From the NCBI RefSeq assembly GCF_009914755.1, contig NC_060935.1: a stretch of DNA of 64,000 nucleotides; one strand, written 5' to 3'. The notes beneath the pieces were generated by a model. It saw nothing but the letters and a program-made list of their open reading frames with translations. It did not search any database and was not told where the DNA came from. This DNA is from the human T2T-CHM13v2.0 reference genome, Homo sapiens. Made by a program: the position numbers and the translations under genes. How positions within the stretch are numbered: the stretch's first letter is position 1; every line of letters begins with the position of its first letter. Positions 26,701 to 36,525 of this stretch are shown here, one piece after another.

Positions 26701-29700
26701 GCATTCTCAGAATGTTTCCTGCGATGACTGCATTCAACACACAGAGGTTAACAATCCTGCTGATGGAGCAGTTTTGAAACTCTCTTTCTTTGGATTCTGC
26801 AAGTGGATATGTGGACCTCTGTGAAGATTTCGTTGGAAACGGGTTCATCTTCACAGAAAAACTAAACAGGAGCATTCTCAGAAACTGCTTTGTGATGTTT
26901 GTGTTCCACTTCAAGAATTGAACTTTCCTTTTGACAGAGCAGCTCTGAAACCCTCTTTTTCTAGAATCTGCAAGTGGACATTTGGAGGCCTTTCAGGCCT
27001 GTGGTGGAAAAGGAAAATCTTCACATAAAAACTAGATGGAAGCATTCTCAGAAACTACTTTGCGATGATTGCATTCGACTCACAGAGTTGAACATTCCTA
27101 TAGATAGAGCAGGTTGTAAACAATCTTTTTGTAGAATCTGCGATTGGAGATTTGGACTGCTTTGAGGCCTACTGTAGTAAAGGAAATAACTTCATCTAAA
27201 AACCAAACGGAAGCATTCACAGACAATTCTTAGTGATCATTGGATTGAACTAACAGAGCTGAACATTCCTTTAGATGGAGCAGTTTCCAAACACACTTTC
27301 TGTAGAATCTGCAAGTGGATATTTGGACCTCTCTGAGGATTTCGTTGGAAAAGGGATAAACTTCCCAGAACTACACGGAAGCATTCTGAGAAAATTCTTT
27401 GTGATGTTTGCATTCAACTCACAGAGTTGAAACTTGCTTTCATAGTTCAGCTTTCAAACACTCTTTTTGTAGGATCTGCAAGTGGATATTTGGACCACTT
27501 TGTGGCCTTCCTTCGAAACGGGTATATCTTCACATCAAACCTAGACAGAAGCATTCTCAGAATGTTTCCTGTGATGACTGCATTCAACTCACCGAGGTGA
27601 ACAATCCTGCTGATGGACCAGTTTTGAAACTCTCTTTCTTTGGATTCTGCAAGTGGATATGTGGACCTCTGTGAAGATTTCGTTGGAAACGGGTTCATCT
27701 TCACAGAAAAACTAAACAGGAGCATTCTCAGAAACTGCTTTGTGATGTTTGTGTTCCACTTCAGGAATTGAACTTTCCTCTTGACAGAGCAGCTCTGAAA
27801 CCCTCTTTTTCTAGAATCTGCAAGTGGAGATTTGGAGGGCTTTGAGGCCTGTGGTGGAATAGGAAAATCTTCACATAAAAACTAGATGGAAGCATTCTCA
27901 GAAACTACTTTGTGATGATTGCATTCGACTCACAGAGTTGAACATTCCTATAGATAGAGCAGGTTGTAATCAATCTTTTTGTAGAATCTGCGATTGGAGA
28001 TTTGGACTGCTTTGAGGCCTTCTGTAGTAAAGGAAATAACTTCATCTAAAAACCAAACGGAAGCATTCACAGACAATTCTTAGTGATCATTGGATTGAAC
28101 TAACAGAGCTGAACATTCCTTTAGATGGCGCAGTTTCCAAACACACTTTCTGTAGAATATGCCAGTGGATATTTGGACCTCTCTGAGGATTTCGTTGGAA
28201 ACGGGCTAAACTTCCCAGAACTACACGGAAGCATTCTGAGAAACTTCTTTGTGATGTTTGCATTCAACTCACAGAGTTGAACCTTGCTTTCATAGTTCAG
28301 CTTTCAAACACTCTTTTTGTAGAATCTGCAAGTGGATATTTGGACCACTTTGTGGCCTTCCTTCGAAACGGGTATATCTTCACATCAAACCTAGACCGAA
28401 GCATTCTCAGAATGTTTCCTGTGATGACTGCATTCAACTCACAGAGGTGAACAATCCTGCTGATGGAGCAGTTTTGAAACTCTCTTTCTTTGGATTCTGC
28501 AAGTGGATATGTGGACCTCTTTGAAGATTTCGTTGGAAACGGGTTTATCTTCACAGAAAAACTAAACAGAAGCATTCTCAGAAACTGCTTTGTGATGTTT
28601 GTGTTCCACTTCAAGAATTGAACTTTCCTCTTGACAGAGCAGCTCTGAAACCCTCTTTTTCTAGAATCTGCAAGTGGACATTTGGAGGGCTTTTAGGCCT
28701 GTGGTGGAAAAGGAAAATCTTCACATAAAAACTAGATGGAAGCATTCTCAGAAACTACTTTGCGATGATTGCATTCGACTCACAGAGTTGAACATTCCTA
28801 TAGATAGAGCAGGTTGTAAACAATCTTTTTGTAGAATCTGCGATTGGAGATTTGGACTGCTTTGAGGCCTACTGTAGTAAAGGAAATAACTTCATCTAAA
28901 AACCAAACGGAAGCATTCACAGAAAATTCTTAGTGATCATTGGATTGAACTAACAGAGCTGAACATTCCTTTAGATGGAGCAGTTTCCAAACACACTTTC
29001 TGTAGAATCTGCAAGTGGATATTTGGACCTCTCTGAGGATTTCGTTGGAAAAGGGATAAACTTCCCAGAACTACACGGAAGCATTCTGAGAAAATTCTTT
29101 GTGATGTTTGCATTCAACTCACAGAGTTGAACCTTGCTTTTATAGTTCAGCTTTCAAACACTCTTTTTGTAGGATCTGCAAGTGGATATTTCGACCACAT
29201 TGTGGCCTTCCTTCGAAACGGGTATATCTTCACATCAAACCTAGACAGAAGCATTCTCAGAATGTTTCCTGTGATGACTGCATTCAACTCACAGAGGTGA
29301 ACAATCCTGCTGATGGAGCAGTTTTGAAACTCTCTTTCTTTGGATTCTGCAAGTGGATATGTGGACCTCTGTGAAGATTTCGTTGGAAACAGGTTCATCT
29401 TCACAGAAAAACTAAACAGGAGCATTCTCAGAAACTGCTTTGTGATGTTTGTGTTCCACTTCAGGAATTGAACTTTCCTCTTGACAGAGCTGCTCTGAAA
29501 CCCTCTTTTTCTAGAATCTGCATGTGGACATTTGGAGGGCTTTGAGGCCTGTGGTGGAAAAGGAAAATCTTCACATGAAAACTAGATGGAAGCATTCTCA
29601 GAAACTACTTTGTGATGATTGCATTCGACTCACAGAGTTGTACATTCCTATAGATAGAGCAGGTTGTAAACAATCTTTTTGTAGAATCTGCGATTGGAGA

Positions 29701-31403
29701 TTTGGACTGCTTTGAGGACTACTGTAGTAAAGGAAATAACTTCATCTAAAAACCAAACGGAAGCATTAACAGACAATTCTTAGTGATCATTGGATTGAAC
29801 TAACAGAGCTGAACATTCCTTTAGATGGAGCAGTTTCCAAACACACTTTCTGTAGAATCTGGAAGTGGATATTTGGACCTCTCTGAGGATTTCGTTGGAA
29901 ACAGGCTAATCTTCCCAGAACTACACGGAAGCATTCTGAGAAACTTCTTTGTGATGTTTGCATTCAACTCACAGAGTTGAACCTTGCTTTCATAGTTCAG
30001 CTTTCAAACACTCTTTTGTAGAATCTGCAAGTGGATATTTGGACCACTTTGTGGCCTTCCTTCGAAACGGGTATATCTTCACATCAAACCTAGACAGAAG
30101 CATTCTCAGAATGTTTCCTGTGATGACTGCATTCAACTCACAGAGGTGAACAATCCTGCTGATGGAGTAGTTTTGAAACTCTCTTTCTTTGGATTCTGCA
30201 AGTGGATATGTGGACCTCTGTGAAGATTTCGTTGGAAACAGGTTCATCTTCACAGAAAAACTAAACAGGAGCATTCTCAGAAACTGCTTTGTGATGTTTG
30301 TGTTCCACTTCAGGAATTGAACTTTCCTCTTGGCAGAGCAGCTCTGAAACCCTCTTTTTCTAGAATCTGCATGTGGACATTTGGAGGGCTTTGAGGCCTG
30401 TGGTGGAAAAGGAAAATCTTCACATAAAAACTAGATGGAAGAATTCTCAGAAACTACTTTGTGATGATTGCATTCGACTCACAGAGTTGTACATTCCTAT
30501 AGATAGAGCAGGTTGTAAACAATCTTTTTGTAGAATCTGCGATTGGAGATTTGGACTGCTTTGAGGCCTACTGTAGTAAAGGAAATAACTTCATCTAAAA
30601 ACCAAACGGAAGCATTCACAGACAATTCTTAGTGATCATTGGTTTGAAATAACTGAGCTGAACATTCCTTTAGATGGCGCAGTTTCCAAACACACTTTCT
30701 GTAGAATCTGCAAGTGGATATTTGGACCTCTCTGAGGATTTCGTTGGAAACGGGATAAACTTCCCAGAACTACACGGAAGCATTCTGAGAATCTTCTTTG
30801 TGATGTTTGCATTCAACTCACAGAGTTGAATCTTGCTTTCATAGTTCAGCTTTGAAACACTCTTTTTGAAGAATCTGCAAGTGGATATTAGGACCACTTT
30901 GTGGCCTTCCTTCGAAACGGGTATATCTTCACATCAATCCTAGACAGAAGCATTCTCAGAATGTTTCCTGTGATGACTGCATTCAACTCACAGAGGTGAA
31001 CAATCCTGCTGATGGAGCAGTTTTGAAACTCTCTTTCTTTGGATTCTGCAAGTGGATATGTGGACCTCTGTGAAGATTTCGTTGGAAACGGGTTCATCTT
31101 CACAGAAAAACTAAACAGGAGCATTCTCAGAAACTGCTTTGTGATGTTTGTGTTCCACTTCAGGAATTGAACTTTCCTCTTGAGAGAGCAGCTCTGAATC
31201 CCTCTTTTTCTAGAATCTGCAAGTGGACATTTGGAAGGCTTTGAGGCCTGTGGTGGAAAAGGAAACTCTTCACATAAAAACTAGATGGAAGAATTCTCAG
31301 AAACTACTTTGTGATGATTGCATTCGACTCACAGAGGTGAACATTCCTATAGATAGAGCAGGTTGTAAACAATCTTTTTGTAGAATCTGCGATTGGAGAT
31401 TTG

Positions 31404-34400
31404 GACTGCTTTGAGGCCTACTGTAGTCAAGGAAATAACTTCATCTAAAAATCAAACGGAAGCATTCACAGACAATTCTTAGTGATCATTGGATTGAACT
31501 AACAGAGCTGAACATTCCTTTACATGGCGCAGTTTCCAAACACACTTTCTGTAGAATCTGCAAGTGGATATTTGGACCTCTCTGAGGATTTCGTTGGAAA
31601 CGGTCTAAACTTCCCAGAACTACACGGAAGTATTCTGAGAAACTTCTTTGTGATGTTTGCATTCAACTCACAGGGTTGAACCTTGCTTTCATATTTCAGC
31701 TTTCAAACACTCTTTTTGTAGAATCTGCAAGTGGATATTTGGACCACTTTGTGGCCTTCCTTCGAAACGGGTATATCTTCACATCAAACCTAGACAGAAG
31801 CATTCTCAGAATGTTTCCTGTGATGACTGCATTCAACTCACAGAGGTGAACAATCCCGCTGATGGAGCAGTTTTGAAACTCTCTTTCTTTGGATTCTGCA
31901 AGTGGATATGTGGACCTCTGTGAAGATTTCGTTGGAAACGGGTTTATCTTCACAGAAAAACTAAACAGAAGCATTCTCAGAAACTGCTTTGTGATGTTTG
32001 TGTTCCACTTCAAGAATTGAACTTTCCTCTTGACAGAGCAGCTCTGAAACCCTCTTTTTCTAGAATCTGCAAGTGGACATTTGGAGGGCTTTTAGGCCTG
32101 TGGTGGAAAAGGAAAATATTCACATAAAAACTAGATGGAAGCATTCTCAGAAACTACTTTGCGATGATTGCATTCGACTCACAGAGTTGAACATTCCTAT
32201 AGATAGAGCAGGTTGTAAACAATCTTTTTGTAGAATCTGCGATTGGAGATTTGGACTGCTTTGAGGCCTACTGTAGTAAAGGAAATAACTTCATCTAAAA
32301 ACCAAACGGAAGCATTCACAGAAAATTCTTAGTGATCATTGGATTGAACTAACAGAGCTGAATATTCCTTTAGATGGAGCAGTTTCCAAACACACTTTCT
32401 GTAGAATCTGCAAGTGGATATTTGGACCTCTCTGAGGATTTCGTTGGAAAAGGGATAAACTTCCCAGAACTACACGGAAGCATTCTGAGAAAATTCTTTG
32501 TGATGTTTGCATTCAACTCACAGAGTTGAACCTTGCTTTTATAGTTCAGCTTTCAAACACTCTTTTTGTAGGATCTGCAAGTGGATATTTCGACCACATT
32601 GTGGCCTTCCTTCGAAACGGGTATATCTTCACATCAAACCTAGACAGAAGCATTCTCAGAATGTTTCCTGTGATGACTGCATTCAACTCACAGAGGTGAA
32701 CAATCCTGCTGATGGAGCAGTTTTGAAACTCTCTTTCTTTGGATTCTGCAAGTGGATATGTGGACCTCTGTGAAGATTTCCTTGGAAACGGGTTCATCTT
32801 CACAGAAAAACTAAACAGGATCATTCTCAGAAACTGCTTTGTGATGTTTGTGTTCCACTTCAGGAATTGAACTTTCCTCTTGAGAGAGCAGCTCTGAAAC
32901 CCTCTTTTTCTAGAATCTGCAAGTGGACATTTGGAGGGCTTTGAGGCCTGTGGTGGAAAAGGAAACTCTTCACATAAAAACTAGATGGAAGCATTCTCAG
33001 AAACTACTTTGTGATGATTGCATTCGACTCACAGAGTTGAACATTGCTATAGATAGAGCAGGTTGTAAACAATCTTTTTGTAAAATCTGTGATTGGAGAT
33101 TTGGACTGCTTTGAGGCCTACTGTAGTAAAGGAAATAACTTCATCTAAAAACCAAACGGAAGCATTCACAGACAATTCTTAGTGATCATTGGATTGAACT
33201 AACAGAGCTAAACATTCCTTTAGATGGCGCAGTTTCCAAACACACTTTCTGTAGAATCTGCAACTGGATATTTGGACCTCTCTGAGGATTTCTTTGGAAA
33301 CGGGATAAACTTCCCAGAACTACACGGAAGTATTCTGAGAAACTTCTTTGTGATGTTTGCATTCAACTCACAGAGTTGAACCTTGCTTTCATAGTTCAGC
33401 TTTCAAACACTCTTTTTGTAGAATCTGCAAGTGTATATTTGGACCACTTTGTGGCCTTCCTTCGAAACGGGTATATCTTCACATCAAACCTAGACAGAAG
33501 CATTCTCAGAATGTTTCCTGTGATGACTGCATTCAACTCACAGAGGTGAACAATCCTGCTGATGGACCAGTTTTGAAACTCTCTTTCTTTGAATTCTGCA
33601 AGTGGATATGTGGACCTCTGTGAAGATTTCGTTGGAAACGGGTTCATCTTCACAGAAAAACTAAGCAGGAGCATTCTCAGAAACTGCTTTGTGATGTTTG
33701 TGTTCCACTTCAGGAATTGAACTTTCCTCTTGAAAGAGCAGCTCTGAAACCCTCTTTTTCTAGAATCTGCAAGTGGACATTTGGAGGGCTTTGAGGCCTG
33801 TGGTGGAAAAGGAAACTCTTCACATAAAAACTAGATGGAAGCATTCTCAGAAACTACTTTGTGATGATTGCATTCGACTCACAGAGTTGAACATTCCTAT
33901 AGATAGAGCAGGTTGTAAACAATCTTTTTGTAGAATCTGCGATTGGAGATTTCGACTGCTTTGAGGCCTACTGTAGTCAAGGAAATAACTTCATCTAAAA
34001 ATCAAACGGAAGCATTCACAGACAATTCTTAGTGATCATTGGATTGAACTAACAGAGCTGAACATTCCTTTACATGGCGCAGTTTCCAAACACACTTTCT
34101 GTAGAATCTGCAAGTGGATATTTGGACCTCTCTGAGGATTTCGTTGGAAACGGTCTAAACTTCCCAGAACTACACGGAAGTATTCTGAGAAACTTCTTTG
34201 TGATGTTTGCATTCAACTCACAGGGTTGAACCTTGCTTTCATATTTCAGCTTTCAAACACTCTTTTTGTAGAATCTGCAAGTGGATATTTGGACCACTTT
34301 GTGGCCTTCCTTCGAAACGGGTATATCTTCACATCAAACCTAGACAGAAGCATTCTCAGAATGTTTCCTGTGATGACTGCATTCAACTCACAGAGGTGAA

Positions 34401-36525
34401 CAATCCCGCTGATGGAGCAGTTTTGAAACTCTCTTTCTTTGGATTCTGCAAGTGGATATGTGGACCTCTGTGAAGATTTCGTTGGAAACGGGTTTATCTT
34501 CACAGAAAAACTAAACAGAAGCATTCTCAGAAACTGCTTTGTGATGTTTGTGTTCCACTTCAAGAATTGAACTTTCCTCTTGACAGAGCAGCTCTGAAAC
34601 CCTCTTTTTCTAGAATCTGCAAGTGGACATTTGGAGGGCTTTTAGGCCTGTGGTGGAAAAGGAAAATATTCACATAAAAACTAGATGGAAGCATTCTCAG
34701 AAACTACTTTGCGATGATTGCATTCGACTCACAGAGTTGAACATTCCTATAGATAGAGCAGGTTGTAAACAATCTTTTTGTAGAATCTGCGATTGGAGAT
34801 TTGGACTGCTTTGAGGCCTACTGTAGTAAAGGAAATAACTTCATCTAAAAACCAAACGGAAGCATTCACAGAAAATTCTTAGTGATCATTGGATTGAACT
34901 AACAGAGCTGAATATTCCTTTAGATGGAGCAGTTTCCAAACACACTTTCTGTAGAATCTGCAAGTGGATATTTGGACCTCTCTGAGGATTTCGTTGGAAA
35001 AGGGATAAACTTCCCAGAACTACACGGAAGCATTCTGAGAAAATTCTTTGTGATGTTTGCATTCAACTCACAGAGTTGAACCTTGCTTTTATAGTTCAGC
35101 TTTCAAACACTCTTTTTGTAGGATCTGCAAGTGGATATTTCGACCACATTGTGGCCTTCCTTCGAAACGGGTATATCTTCACATCAAACCTAGACAGAAG
35201 CATTCTCAGAATGTTTCCTGTGATGACTGCATTCAACTCACAGAGGTGAACAATCCTGCTGATGGAGCAGTTTTGAAACTCTCTTTCTTTGGATTCTGCA
35301 AGTGGATATGTGGACCTCTGTGAAGATTTCCTTGGAAACGGGTTCATCTTCACAGAAAAACTAAACAGGATCATTCTCAGAAACTGCTTTGTGATGTTTG
35401 TGTTCCACTTCAGGAATTGAACTTTCCTCTTGAGAGAGCAGCTCTGAAACCCTCTTTTTCTAGAATCTGCAAGTGGACATTTGGAGGGCTTTGAGGCCTG
35501 TGGTGGAAAAGGAAACTCTTCACATAAAAACTAGATGGAAGCATTCTCAGAAACTACTTTGTGATGATTGCATTCGACTCACAGAGTTGAACATTGCTAT
35601 AGATAGAGCAGGTTGTAAACAATCTTTTTGTAAAATCTGTGATTGGAGATTTGGACTGCTTTGAGGCCTACTGTAGTAAAGGAAATAACTTCATCTAAAA
35701 ACCAAACGGAAGCATTCACAGACAATTCTTAGTGATCATTGGATTGAACTAACAGAGCTAAACATTCCTTTAGATGGCGCAGTTTCCAAACACACTTTCT
35801 GTAGAATCTGCAACTGGATATTTGGACCTCTCTGAGGATTTCTTTGGAAACGGGATAAACTTCCCAGAACTACACGGAAGTATTCTGAGAAACTTCTTTG
35901 TGATGTTTGCATTCAACTCACAGAGTTGAACCTTGCTTTCATAGTTCAGCTTTCAAACACTCTTTTTGTAGAATCTGCAAGTGTATATTTGGACCACTTT
36001 GTGGCCTTCCTTCGAAACGGGTATATCTTCACATCAAACCTAGACAGAAGCATTCTCAGAATGTTTCCTGTGATGACTGCATTCAACTCACAGAGGTGAA
36101 CAATCCTGCTGATGGACCAGTTTTGAAACTCTCTTTCTTTGAATTCTGCAAGTGGATATGTGGACCTCTGTGAAGATTTCGTTGGAAACGGGTTCATCTT
36201 CACAGAAAAACTAAGCAGGAGCATTCTCAGAAACTGCTTTGTGATGTTTGTGTTCCACTTCAGGAATTGAACTTTCCTCTTGAAAGAGCAGCTCTGAAAC
36301 CCTCTTTTTCTAGAATCTGCAAGTGGACATTTGGAGGGCTTTGAGGCCTGTGGTGGAAAAGGAAACTCTTCACATAAAAACTAGATGGAAGCATTCTCAG
36401 AAACTACTTTGTGATGATTGCATTCGACTCACAGAGTTGAACATTCCTATAGATAGAGCAGGTTGTAAACAATCTTTTTGTAGAATCTGCGATTGGAGAT
36501 TTCGACTGCTTTGAGGCCTACTGTA
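31404..36525 (+). repeat. Apparently perfect tandem duplication of 3 HORs (offset 2550 bp)
   Basis: U38-U40 match U41-U43 at every variant I checked (cagggttgaa, caatcccgct, aatattcctt, tcattctcag, acattgctat, taaaatctgt, gtgtatattt, gaattc, ttcgactgct). Flanking mismatches are at 31403/33953 and 33976/36526. Confidence 0.92.
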
